From Chitinophagaceae bacterium (lineage in GTDB: Bacteria > Bacteroidota > Bacteroidia > Chitinophagales > Chitinophagaceae): DNA of 45,623 nt. The translations under genes were made by a program, and so were the position numbers. Positions 26,910 to 35,902 of this stretch are shown one piece after another. Within the stretch, counting starts at the first letter, position 1, and every line of letters begins with the position of its first letter. The DNA lies in assembly GCA_036260755.1 (NCBI GenBank), contig DATAMD010000357.1:1-45623 (forward strand). Direction: 5' to 3'. Below the pieces are notes generated by a model, which saw only the letters and a list, made by a program, of their open reading frames with translations, was not told the DNA's origin and ran no database searches.

Positions 26910-27725
26910 CTATACGCTTACATTAAAATCTCTCAGCGCATCATTTAAACTTGTCTTCAAATCCGTGCTGGGCTTGCGTTGTCCGATGATGAGTGCGCAA
27001 CTAACATTATATTCTCCGGCAGGAAATTTCTTTGGATAAGTGCCCGGTATCACTACACTTCTTGCCGGAACACGGCCGCGATATTCAACAGGTTCGTTAC
27101 CGCTTACATCAATAATTTTTGTTGATTGTGTTAAAACAACATTGGCTCCCAATACCGCTTCCTTTTCTACTTTCACTCCTTCCACAACAATGCTTCTGCT
27201 GCCCAGAAAACATCCGTCTTCAATAATAACCGGACTTGCCTGCAACGGTTCCAATACGCCGCCAATACCAACGCCACCGCTTAAATGAACATGTTTGCCA
27301 ACTTGTGCGCAACTGCCCACAGTTGCCCATGTATCAACCATCGTTCCTTCATCAACATAAGCACCGATGTTTACATAACTTGGCATCAATACCACATTCT
27401 TTGCAAGAAACGATCCGTAACGGGCCACAGCATGCGGCACTGCACGCACACCTATCGATGCATAATCTTTTTTCAATAACATTTTATCGTAAAACTCAAA
27501 CGGCGGCAACGAAAATGTTTGCATCTGCTGAATGCCGAAATACAGCAGTATCGCCTGTTTCACCCATTCGTTTACCTGCCATCCTGCTTCGGTTGGCGCT
27601 GCGGTTCTTAATCTTCCTTTATCTACTTCTTCAATAACGGCACGCACGGCATCGCTGTATTTTTTGTCTTTCAATAATTCGCGGTTAGCCCATGCTTCTA
27701 AAATCAATTCTTGTAATTCCATCAT
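26910..27725 (-). CDS. dapD: 2,3,4,5-tetrahydropyridine-2,6-dicarboxylate N-succinyltransferase
   Basis: 271 aa with a hexapeptide-repeat left-handed beta-helix region and DapD-type N-terminal domain. Confidence 0.9.
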   Translation of the reverse strand: MMELQELILEAWANRELLKDKKYSDAVRAVIEEVDKGRLRTAAPTEAGWQVNEWVKQAILLYFGIQQMQTFSLPPFEFYDKMLLKKDYASIGVRAVPHAVARYGSFLAKNVVLMPSYVNIGAYVDEGTMVDTWATVGSCAQVGKHVHLSGGVGIGGVLEPLQASPVIIEDGCFLGSRSIVVEGVKVEKEAVLGANVVLTQSTKIIDVSGNEPVEYRGRVPARSVVIPGTYPKKFPAGEYNVSCALIIGQRKPSTDLKTSLNDALRDFNVSV

Positions 27726-27737
27726 TCAAAATTTTTG

Positions 27738-27745
27738 CAAACATA
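27738..27745 (-). promoter_or_regulatory. Bacteroidetes-type -7 promoter box for dapD
   Basis: The minus strand reads TATGTTTG, an exact TAnnTTTG match, 12 nt upstream of the dapD ATG. Confidence 0.35.
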
Positions 27746-27752
27746 ATGTTTG

Positions 27753-27802
27753 ATGTGCAAATAGCCGAATGTGCAAATTTGAAGATGTGCAAATGTGTAA
27801 AT
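27753..27802. repeat. ATGTGCAAAT decamer repeated three times at exact 16-bp phasing
   Basis: Identical decamers at 27753-27762, 27769-27778 and 27785-27794, plus a degenerate ATGTGTAAAT at 27793-27802. Confidence 0.8.
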
Positions 27803-27810
27803 TATTTTGT

Positions 27811-27943
27811 GTAACGAGCTGTAGTTTTTCACTGAAACGTCTGTTGCGTCGCACACTTGTACTAAGAAAAGCTATGAGCTGTTAGCAGCGAGCTACGAGG
27901 ATTTGCTCGAAGCTCACAGCTTCTTTAGCGTTACCCGTGTTCC
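27811..27943 (-). repeat. long variant of the bipartite element, copy E (inverted relative to copy D)
   Basis: GTAACGAGC (27811-27819), 23 nt, GTTGCGTCGCACACTTGTAC (27843-27862), then the heptamer module. Ends ...GCGTTACCCGTGTTCC (27943). The reverse complement aligns with copy D end to end. Confidence 0.85.
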
Positions 27944-27957
27944 TATAAAAAAATTAT

Positions 27958-28782
27958 TTAACTAAACAACCCCAACTGCACCGGCTTTTTTAAAACAACT
28001 TTTGTTTCTTTTATTTCGGATAAAGTAATTGTAAAAACTTCTGTTGCTTCATGCCTCGATGCAACAATAATTTTTGTTCCGTTGGAATATGGCGTAAAAA
28101 CAGATTCGGCAATTTGAGGAGAATTATTTTCCTGTGATAAATGCGACAACAACAAATGCGTCATAAACGGCGGACGATGATTGATAAATAATTCTAATGC
28201 CTGTTTGTTGGAAATATGCCCTTGTCCGCCACGTATCCGGTTTTTTAAATGCAGCGGATACGAACCGTTTTCTAACATCACTTCATCGTAATTGGTTTCT
28301 AAAAATGCAGCGTGGCATTGTTTAAAATAATGAATTACTTTATCGCAGGCAATACCTATATCGGTTATAATGCCCACCGTGATTGAGTTGTAGCTTACAA
28401 TAAAACTATGCGGATCGGCTGCATCGTGTTGTTTGGTAAATGCGGTAACTGTTAATTCGCCCACAACAACGGGTTCGTTCGCAGTAAATTTTTTTGAAAG
28501 ATGTTTAATTAAAATGGGCCCGTGCTGGGCAGTTGCTTCGGTAATATAAACCGGTAAACTGTATTTATTTGCCAGCACCGAAACACCGCGGATATGATCG
28601 CCATGTTCGTGCGAAACAAAAATAGCTTTTACTTTTTTAATATCAAGCCCAAGCTTCTTCATCCTTCTTTCCGTTTCGCGGCAACTAATGCCAACATCAA
28701 TCAGCACAGCATCGTTGTGGTTGCCCACATAATAACAATTGCCGTTGCTGCCCGAATTTAATGAGGTGATGAATAATGACAT
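27958..28782 (-). CDS. MBL-fold metallo-hydrolase
   Basis: HEHGDH metal-binding motif. 274 aa. Confidence 0.8.
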   Translation of the reverse strand: MSLFITSLNSGSNGNCYYVGNHNDAVLIDVGISCRETERRMKKLGLDIKKVKAIFVSHEHGDHIRGVSVLANKYSLPVYITEATAQHGPILIKHLSKKFTANEPVVVGELTVTAFTKQHDAADPHSFIVSYNSITVGIITDIGIACDKVIHYFKQCHAAFLETNYDEVMLENGSYPLHLKNRIRGGQGHISNKQALELFINHRPPFMTHLLLSHLSQENNSPQIAESVFTPYSNGTKIIVASRHEATEVFTITLSEIKETKVVLKKPVQLGLFS

Positions 28783-28835
28783 GGTTGCAAAGAAAACTAA
28801 TTTTTATGTAAACCATGTTGAATAAAGAACAAAGC

Positions 28836-28896
28836 GTATAAGTGTGCGACGCAACAGGTGTTGAAAAGAATTACTGTTGCCGGTAAACAAAAAAAT
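28836..28896 (+). repeat. bipartite intergenic element, copy F
   Basis: GTATAAGTGTGCGACGCAAC (28836-28855), 23 nt, GCCGGTAAA (28879-28887), then an A-run. This is the only full copy antisense to both flanking genes. Confidence 0.85.
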
Positions 28897-28906
28897 AAAT
28901 AAAATT

Positions 28907-30103
28907 TTATTTCAGCAGATCAAAACACTGGTGTGCAATTTCTAATTCTTCGTTGGTAGGCACCACCAAAATTTTTACTTTACTGCCGGAAGTATTTATT
29001 TCGCGAATGCCTTTTGTTACGGATATATTTTTTTCTTCATCCAATGAAATGCCCAGCCACTCAAGGTTTGAAGAAGAAAGTTTGCGTGTAAGCTCGTCAT
29101 TTTCACCAACGCCGGCAGTAAAAACAATGGCATCGAGGCCATTCATGGCGGCGGCATAAGCGCCAATATATTTCCTGATGCGGTAGGCATACATATCGTA
29201 AGCCAATGCGGCATCTTTATTTCCTTTATTAATTTCGGCACGTATGTCGCGCATATCGCTGAAACCTGTTAAACCAAACATACCGCTTTTTTTGTTGAGG
29301 ATATTGTTTACCTGATTAACATCGTAACCCAATTGATTGACCATGTGAAAAATAACAGATTGATCGATATCGCCCGAACGTGTGCCCATCATTAAACCAT
29401 TAATGGGACCGATGCCCATGGTTGTATCGATACATTTTCCTGCATCAACAGCAGCCATGCTGCAACCGTTTCCTAAATGAATGGTAATAATTTTTGCATT
29501 TTTATTTTGCAAATAATCAATTGTTTTTTCTGAAACATATTTATGGCTGGTGCCATGAAAACCATAAGCCCTGATACCATGTTCCTGATAAAATTCTTTT
29601 GGAATGGCATAACGAAATGCAACTTCGGGCATGGTTTGATGAAAAGCCGTATCAAAAACTGCAACTTGCTTTGCATTAAAAAATATTTTTTCGGCTACTT
29701 CAATCCCTAAAAAATTGGGCGGATTATGTAAAGGAGCTAATGGAAATAATTTTTTTATTTGTTCTTTAACATCGGCGGTAATAATAGTTGTTGCAGCAAA
29801 ACTTTCGCCGCCATGCACTACACGGTGACCAACAACTTTTATTTCATCGGGATTTTTTATTACACCAAATTCTTCATTGGTTAATAACCGTGCAACTTCT
29901 TCCAGGCCGGCGCCATGATCATCAATATCCAATGTTTCTTTATGAACAGTTTCAATATTATTCTTAAAAGTTTTATGTGTGATGGATGAATTGGTTAATC
30001 CGATTCTATCAATTAATCCGCTGCAGATTAATGCTGCTTCGGGCATTTTAATTAACTGGTATTTTATAGAACTGCTGCCTGAATTAATTACAAAAATGTT
30101 CAT
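28907..30103 (-). CDS. ackA: acetate kinase
   Basis: MNIFVINSGSSSIKYQL N-terminus, GFHGTSH motif. 398 aa. Confidence 0.95.
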   Translation of the reverse strand: MNIFVINSGSSSIKYQLIKMPEAALICSGLIDRIGLTNSSITHKTFKNNIETVHKETLDIDDHGAGLEEVARLLTNEEFGVIKNPDEIKVVGHRVVHGGESFAATTIITADVKEQIKKLFPLAPLHNPPNFLGIEVAEKIFFNAKQVAVFDTAFHQTMPEVAFRYAIPKEFYQEHGIRAYGFHGTSHKYVSEKTIDYLQNKNAKIITIHLGNGCSMAAVDAGKCIDTTMGIGPINGLMMGTRSGDIDQSVIFHMVNQLGYDVNQVNNILNKKSGMFGLTGFSDMRDIRAEINKGNKDAALAYDMYAYRIRKYIGAYAAAMNGLDAIVFTAGVGENDELTRKLSSSNLEWLGISLDEEKNISVTKGIREINTSGSKVKILVVPTNEELEIAHQCFDLLK

Positions 30104-30114
30104 TCAAAAATAAA

Positions 30115-32205
30115 TTATTGTTGTGCTTGAATGGCTGTTATCATCACTGTGTTATAAATATCATCAACGGTACAACCACGGCTTAAATCATTAACCGGTT
30201 TATTTAATCCTTGTAACATTGGTCCGATGGCTAAGGTACCTGTTTCGCGTTGTACTGCTTTGTAAGTATTGTTTCCTGTATTCAGATCGGGGAAGATTAA
30301 AACGCTTGCCTGGCCTGCAACCTGTGAGTTCGGCATTTTTTGTTTACCAACTGTTGGATCAACTGCAGCATCGTATTGAATAGGGCCTTCCACTTTTAAA
30401 TCGGGGCGGCGTTGCCGGATGATTTCTGTTGCACGGCGAACTTTCTCCACATCTTCACCTTCGCCTGAAGTTCCTGATGAATAAGAAAGCATTGCAATTT
30501 TTGGATCGATGCCAAACATTAAACTGCTTTCGGCAGAAGAGATAGCAATATCAGCTAATTGTTCGGATGTTGGATTTGGATTAACTGCACAATCGCCAAA
30601 AACAGAAACGCGATCGGGTAAGCACATAAAGAAAACTGATGAAACGGTTGATACGCCCGGCTTTGTTTTTACAAATTGTAATGCCGGACGGATAGTATGT
30701 TGCGTTGTGTGGGCGGCCCCCGAAACCATTCCATCGGCATCGCCTTTATAAACCATCATGGTGCCGAAATACGAAACATCGGTCATCATATCATAAGCCA
30801 TTTCTTTATTTACATTTTTATCTTTACGAAGCTCGTACAAGGTTTCAACATAATCTTCGTACTTGTCCGATTCGGCAGGATTAACAATTTGCACCTGATC
30901 TAAATCGAAATTTAAATTCAAACGTTTTATTGTTGCTTTAATATCATCTTTCACTCCCAAAATCGTCAGATCAACAATGTCTTTTTTAATAAGCATTGAT
31001 GCGGCTGTTATAATGCGATCATCATTTCCTTCAGGCAAAACAATATGTCTCTTTTGCGATTTTGCACGTTTAGATAACTGATATTGAAACATGCGTGGGG
31101 TAATACCTTCGGGATGAAAAGTAACTATTTTGTCTTCTATATTTTTTGTGTCGATATATGTTTCAAAAGTGTGAATGGCCAGATCTATCTTTTGTTTGTT
31201 GTTGGAATAAATTCTTGATTGGATATTACTAACATTGCTAACGGTTTCGAATGTTCCGGTTTCTACCTGGATGATGGGAACAACTGTTTGCAAACCTTCG
31301 ATTAATTTCATGATCGGTTCTTCGGGATCTAATCCGCCGGTTAAAATTATTCCCGATACTTTGGGATAATTTTTCGAAAGATTGGCCTGCAATGTGGCAA
31401 CAATAATATCGGCCCTGTCACCGGGCGTTACAATCAACGTATTTTCTTTCAATCGTGTTAAGCAATTGCGCAATTGCATGGCCCCAACAATAGAATGGTC
31501 AACCTGATTGGATAAAACTGTTTCGCCAAATAAAAGTTTTCCGTGCAAGGCTTCACTGATTTCCTGCATGGTAGGGTTACCAAGATCTTTATTAAAAGGG
31601 ATCACAACACCCATCACATCTTTGGGCAAACGTTTATTAAATATTTGTTGCAGATTATCAACTTCTTTTTCATCAACTTTATTGGCAACAATAGCCAGTA
31701 CCTGAATATCTTTATCATTAAAGCTTTGATAAGTTGAAAGAAGTTTCGAAGCGGTATCCGTAACCGAATTGTCTTCGCCGTTAATTACTAAAATTACAGG
31801 GATGCCTAAATTTTTTGAGATCACCACATTGGCATCAAATTCGAAAGTGATGCCTTCTCCCATAAAGTCGGTTCCTTCAACAACAATAAAATCGTGTGTT
31901 TCTTCTAATTTTTTATATTTAGAAATTATTTTATCGATTATCAGAGCCTCATTGCCTTCGCTGCGCAGTGTTAAAATTTCATCCCGGGTAAAAGCATACA
32001 TGTCGTTATAATTGTCGCTTATGCCAAAATGCGAAACAATTGTTTCGATATGTGTATCCTTTGCCTTTTCGGGTGATTCGTTTACTACCGGTTTAAAGTA
32101 ACCTATTTTTTTTGTCTTGCCCACCAGCATGTTTATTAAACCCAGCGCTATCACTGATTTTCCGCTGAAAGGAGAGGTGGATGCAATATAAATAGCCTTA
32201 GTCAT
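30115..32205 (-). CDS. pta: phosphate acetyltransferase (long form with N-terminal P-loop/DRTGG region)
   Basis: 696 aa with a C-terminal PTA_PTB domain. It lies 11 nt upstream of ackA on the same strand. Confidence 0.95.
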   Translation of the reverse strand: MTKAIYIASTSPFSGKSVIALGLINMLVGKTKKIGYFKPVVNESPEKAKDTHIETIVSHFGISDNYNDMYAFTRDEILTLRSEGNEALIIDKIISKYKKLEETHDFIVVEGTDFMGEGITFEFDANVVISKNLGIPVILVINGEDNSVTDTASKLLSTYQSFNDKDIQVLAIVANKVDEKEVDNLQQIFNKRLPKDVMGVVIPFNKDLGNPTMQEISEALHGKLLFGETVLSNQVDHSIVGAMQLRNCLTRLKENTLIVTPGDRADIIVATLQANLSKNYPKVSGIILTGGLDPEEPIMKLIEGLQTVVPIIQVETGTFETVSNVSNIQSRIYSNNKQKIDLAIHTFETYIDTKNIEDKIVTFHPEGITPRMFQYQLSKRAKSQKRHIVLPEGNDDRIITAASMLIKKDIVDLTILGVKDDIKATIKRLNLNFDLDQVQIVNPAESDKYEDYVETLYELRKDKNVNKEMAYDMMTDVSYFGTMMVYKGDADGMVSGAAHTTQHTIRPALQFVKTKPGVSTVSSVFFMCLPDRVSVFGDCAVNPNPTSEQLADIAISSAESSLMFGIDPKIAMLSYSSGTSGEGEDVEKVRRATEIIRQRRPDLKVEGPIQYDAAVDPTVGKQKMPNSQVAGQASVLIFPDLNTGNNTYKAVQRETGTLAIGPMLQGLNKPVNDLSRGCTVDDIYNTVMITAIQAQQ

Positions 32206-32431
32206 AATTATTATCCAATGATTATTCTTTTATAAATACAAATTAAAAACTGTGCTGCAAAAATTGTAATTAATTTTCAGGAATCAACTGACAGAAATCA
32301 CATTTCAAACATAAAATAAATAAATTCATCAGGCCATTTTATCGAAAATGTTCCCGAAAGGTTTATCAGAAAATAATAACAACAGATATTAGTATAATAA
32401 GTTTAAACCGGTTCAGTTATTTTTACATTTC

Positions 32432-32998
32432 GTGAACTCCTTCGATCCCGATATAGAAAATTGTTTACGCATGTTGCAAAACGGCGGAATCATTTTATAT
32501 CCAACCGATACCATTTGGGGCATTGGTTGTGATGCTACTGATGCTGCGGCTGTTGAAAGAATTGTAGCATTAAAGAATCGCCCCGAAAATAAAAGTTTTG
32601 TGGTATTGGTTGCAACTGCGGATGAACTGATGAAATATGCCACTGTTCCGGATAAAAATATATTCAATTATCTTGATACAACAATAAAACCTGCAACTGT
32701 TATTTATGAATCGGCTACAGGGTTGGCAAAAAATGTTACTGCCGCCGATGGATCGGTTGCCATTCGTATTTGTAAGGACGAATTTTGCAAACAATTAATC
32801 AAACATTTTGGAAAACCAATAGTAAGCACCTCGGCAAATATGGCCGGGATGCCATCTCCGTCTGCATTTGCAGATATTGATGATAAAATAAAATTGAATG
32901 TTGATTATGTTGTGAATCACAAACAGAATGATACAACAATTGCATCTCCTTCTTCCATTATTAAATGGAAAGATGGTAAAGCTGAAGTAATAAGGTGA
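32432..32998 (+). CDS. tsaC: L-threonylcarbamoyladenylate synthase (TsaC/YrdC family)
   Basis: YPTDTIWGIGCDA and STSANMAGMPSP motifs. GTG start. Confidence 0.85.
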   Translation: MNSFDPDIENCLRMLQNGGIILYPTDTIWGIGCDATDAAAVERIVALKNRPENKSFVVLVATADELMKYATVPDKNIFNYLDTTIKPATVIYESATGLAKNVTAADGSVAIRICKDEFCKQLIKHFGKPIVSTSANMAGMPSPSAFADIDDKIKLNVDYVVNHKQNDTTIASPSSIIKWKDGKAEVIR

Positions 32999-33035
32999 TC
33001 CCTTTTACTTATTTAATATCAGGAAAATTATTAAC

Positions 33036-33043
33036 TACTTTTG
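33036..33043 (+). promoter_or_regulatory. Bacteroidetes-type -7 promoter box (near-leaderless)
   Basis: TACTTTTG is an exact match, only 4 nt before ATG 33048. Confidence 0.35.
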
Positions 33044-33047
33044 CAAC

Positions 33048-34046
33048 ATGCAGAAAATATTGGTGATTCAAACTGCTTTTATCGGTGATGCTGTTTTAGC
33101 AACAGGTATTTTAGAAAAATTACATAGTTCGTTCCCCGCAGCGCAAATAGATTTTTTGGTGCGAAAAGGAAATGAAACTTTATTTACACAACATCCTTTC
33201 CTGCATAAAGTTTTGGTGTGGGATAAAAAGAAAAATAAGTACAGGCACTTATTTCAATTATTATTTAAAATCAGAAAGCATAAATATGAAACCGTAATTA
33301 ATGTGCAACGTTTTGCTGCAACGGGTTTTCTCACTGCTTTTTCGGGTGCCAAAGAAAAAATAGGCTTCAATAAAAACCCTTTCAGTTCATTTTTTACTAA
33401 AAATATTGAACATGTGGTAAGCGATGGAACACATGCGCTGCATGAGATTGAACGAAATCATCAGCTCATCAAATCTTTTACAGATGCTGTTGCTGCCAAG
33501 CCAAAATTATATCCAACACAAAAAAATTTTGATGCGGTTGCAAAATTTAAAAATAAAAAATACATCTGCATTGCACCGGCATCGGTTTGGTTTACCAAAC
33601 AATTTCCTGCCGATAAATGGACATCATTTATTCATAATATATCAGGTGGCGTTTTTGTTTATTTATTAGGCGCACCGGCTGATTTTGCTTTGTGCGAAGA
33701 AATAGATTTGCAATGCTCTAATCTGAATGTGGTAAACCTTGCAGGCAAACTTAATTTTTTAGAATCTGCCGCATTGATGAAAGATGCAATGATGAATTAT
33801 GTAAACGATTCGGCACCTATGCATTTTGCATCGGCTGTTAACGCACCTGTTACTGCTGTGTATTGCAGCACTGTTCCTGCATTTGGCTTTGGCCCCCTGA
33901 GTGATAAAAGTTTTATTGCAGAAACAAAAGAAAAATTAAGTTGCCGCCCCTGCGGTTTGCACGGAAAAACCGAATGCCCGCTGCAACATTTTAATTGCGC
34001 CCATCAAATTACCAACGAGCAATTGTTAAGATCAATGAATGAATAA
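33048..34046 (+). CDS. glycosyltransferase family 9 (LPS heptosyltransferase-like)
   Basis: ILVIQTAFIGDAVLATG N-terminus and C-terminal NDSAPMHFASA motif, both typical of GT9. Confidence 0.8.
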   Translation: MQKILVIQTAFIGDAVLATGILEKLHSSFPAAQIDFLVRKGNETLFTQHPFLHKVLVWDKKKNKYRHLFQLLFKIRKHKYETVINVQRFAATGFLTAFSGAKEKIGFNKNPFSSFFTKNIEHVVSDGTHALHEIERNHQLIKSFTDAVAAKPKLYPTQKNFDAVAKFKNKKYICIAPASVWFTKQFPADKWTSFIHNISGGVFVYLLGAPADFALCEEIDLQCSNLNVVNLAGKLNFLESAALMKDAMMNYVNDSAPMHFASAVNAPVTAVYCSTVPAFGFGPLSDKSFIAETKEKLSCRPCGLHGKTECPLQHFNCAHQITNEQLLRSMNE

Positions 34047-34100
34047 GCGTATTCCAAAAACTCAAAATTCATCATTCATAACTCATAATTCTGCTACGCT

Positions 34101-34108
34101 TATATTTG
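34101..34108 (+). promoter_or_regulatory. Bacteroidetes-type -7 promoter box
   Basis: TATATTTG is an exact match, 7 nt before ATG 34116. Confidence 0.4.
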
Positions 34109-34115
34109 TAACCGC

Positions 34116-35531
34116 ATGCACACTAAATTTTTTGATAAAGAAAAAATTATTTTTAATAAGGTTTCAAAAGCCGCAGCAGAATTAAATGTTCCTGCATTTT
34201 TGATTGGCGGTTTTGTACGCGATAAAATAATCGGCCGCTCTACAAAAGATGCCGATATTGTTTGTTTGGGCGATGGCATTGCATTGGCACATGCGGTTGC
34301 CAATAAGTTTCATCCCAAACCTCATGTTTCTTTTTTTAAAAACTTTGGAACTGCACATATAAAAGTGGATGATTTCGATATAGAATTTGTTGGTGCACGC
34401 AAAGAAAGTTATAATTTTGAAAGCCGTAATCCAGTTGTTGTTCCGGGAAGCCTGGAAGATGATCAGGACCGCCGCGATTTTACCATCAATGCGTTGGCAA
34501 TAAGTTTAAACGAAAATGATTTTGGCAATTTAATCGATCCGTTTGATGGTTTGCACGATATCAAACATAAAATTATTCAAACACCATTGGCACCGTTGCA
34601 AACTTTCAGCGACGATCCTTTGCGCATGATGCGTGCCATCAGGTTTGCATCGCAATTAAATTTTTCTATCGAAGAAAAAACTTTTTCGGCAATTGTTGAT
34701 AATGCTGAAAGAATAAAAATTATTTCACAGGAAAGAATTACGGATGAATTAAATAAAATAATGCTTAGCCCGAAACCTTCGGTAGGATTAGATTTGCTGA
34801 GCAAAAGCGGATTGATGCAAATTATTTTTCCGCAGATGGTGGCATTGCACGGCGCCGAATATGTGGATGGCTTGGGGCATAAAGATAATTTCTATCATAC
34901 GTTGCAGGTGGTTGATAATATTTGTGCCAACACAAACGATCTGTGGTTGCGTTGGGCTGCATTGTTGCACGATATTGGTAAACCGCAAACAAAACGTTTC
35001 GAAGAAGGGCATGGTTTTACATTTCACGGCCACGAAGTTGTTGGTGCCAGAATGGTTCCTAAAATATTTTCGAAATTAAAATTGCCGATGAACGAAAAAA
35101 TGCGTTTCGTTCAAAAGTTAGTAGAGCTGCATTTGCGCCCCATAAGTGTTACCAAAGAAAATATTACCGACAGTGCTATCCGCCGTTTGTTATTTGATGC
35201 CGGCGAAGATATTGATGCATTGATGCATTTATGCGAAGCCGATATTACCAGCAAAAACAAACAAAAAGTAAAACGTTATTTACAAAATTTCGAAATAGTT
35301 CGCCAGCGCATGAAAGAAGTGGAAGAAAAAGATCACTTGCGCAACTGGCAACCGCCCATTACCGGCGAAATGATTATGCAAACTTTTGGCTTAGAACCCA
35401 GTCGCAATGTGGGTATTATTAAAGATGCCATTCGCGAAGCAATTTTAGACGGCATCATTCCAAATTCTTACGAAGCTGCGCATTTATTTATGCTGCAAAA
35501 AGCCGCCGAATTAAACTTGCAACCTGTTTAA
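34116..35531 (+). CDS. tRNA nucleotidyltransferase (CCA-adding / poly(A) polymerase family) with C-terminal HD domain
   Basis: GGFVRD..DADIV head-domain motif, RRDFTINA motif, HD region LLHDIGKP. Confidence 0.8.
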   Translation: MHTKFFDKEKIIFNKVSKAAAELNVPAFLIGGFVRDKIIGRSTKDADIVCLGDGIALAHAVANKFHPKPHVSFFKNFGTAHIKVDDFDIEFVGARKESYNFESRNPVVVPGSLEDDQDRRDFTINALAISLNENDFGNLIDPFDGLHDIKHKIIQTPLAPLQTFSDDPLRMMRAIRFASQLNFSIEEKTFSAIVDNAERIKIISQERITDELNKIMLSPKPSVGLDLLSKSGLMQIIFPQMVALHGAEYVDGLGHKDNFYHTLQVVDNICANTNDLWLRWAALLHDIGKPQTKRFEEGHGFTFHGHEVVGARMVPKIFSKLKLPMNEKMRFVQKLVELHLRPISVTKENITDSAIRRLLFDAGEDIDALMHLCEADITSKNKQKVKRYLQNFEIVRQRMKEVEEKDHLRNWQPPITGEMIMQTFGLEPSRNVGIIKDAIREAILDGIIPNSYEAAHLFMLQKAAELNLQPV

Positions 35532-35567
35532 ATTGTTTTTCGTTTCTTTGATGGTGATGTTATTTTT

Positions 35568-35675
35568 GTAACCGGCAAAAGTATTTCATGGCATAAAACA
35601 AATTGCATCCGTTTCTCTTCTCCAATTGGAGAAGATGCCTGAAAGGCAGATGAGGCTTGTGTCACTCACTTGTAC
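35568..35675 (-). repeat. decayed reverse-orientation copy of the bipartite element with inserted hairpins (G-left)
   Basis: GTAACCGGC (35568-35576). Perfect stem TCTTCTCC-AATT-GGAGAAGA (35616-35635). TGCCT-GAA-AGGCA (35636-35648). Degenerate Box1 complement CTTGTGTCACTCACTTGTAC (35656-35675). Confidence 0.5.
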
Positions 35676-35797
35676 GTTCTAAGCTGCGAGGAGCGAGCTG
35701 TGAGCTTCGAGAAAAAGCTCATAGCCTTTCTTAAGTTGAAGAGTGCGACGCAACAACAGCATTATTGAAAAACAGAAGCCGGTAACATTAAAAAAAC
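35676..35797 (+). repeat. long-variant bipartite element, copy G-right
   Basis: Short heptamer module GAGCGAGCTGTGAGCTTCGAG..AGCTCATAGCC. Box1 GTTGAAGAGTGCGACGCAAC (35735-35754), 23 nt, GCCGGTAAC (35778-35786), then an A-run. Confidence 0.85.
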
Positions 35798-35846
35798 TAA
35801 AAAATAAAAACTAAATCATCGAATTAGGATTGCAGATTTAAAAAAA

Positions 35847-35883
35847 TTAATTCGTGTAATTCGCAAAAATTCGTGTAATAAAA
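35847..35883 (+). repeat. second locus of the TTCGTGTAAT motif pair
   Basis: AATTCGTGTAATTCGCAAAAATTCGTGTAATAAA closely matches 17797-17829 (CTCGTGTAATTAGCTAAAATTCGTGTAATAAA). It lies 20 nt upstream of ATG 35903. Confidence 0.7.
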
Positions 35884-35902
35884 ATATTAAATCTTATATC
35901 GG

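Noticed and set aside
27040-27753. Four plus-strand ORFs (64-133 aa) antisense to dapD
   Set aside because: dapD is locally GC-richer and repetitive (hexapeptide repeats), which generates long antisense open frames. None has a recognisable motif.
27753-27802. Possible mini-CRISPR array (regularly spaced identical repeats)
   Set aside because: The repeats are only 10 nt with 6-nt spacers, far below CRISPR dimensions, and no cas genes are in the window.
25745-27943. A bona fide composite transposon carrying EamA-dapD
   Set aside because: There is no transposase or recombinase and no obvious target-site duplication next to the GGAAC ends. The cargo is an essential lysine/DAP pathway gene, and the arms belong to a family scattered through all spacers. 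It is kept only as a structural observation.
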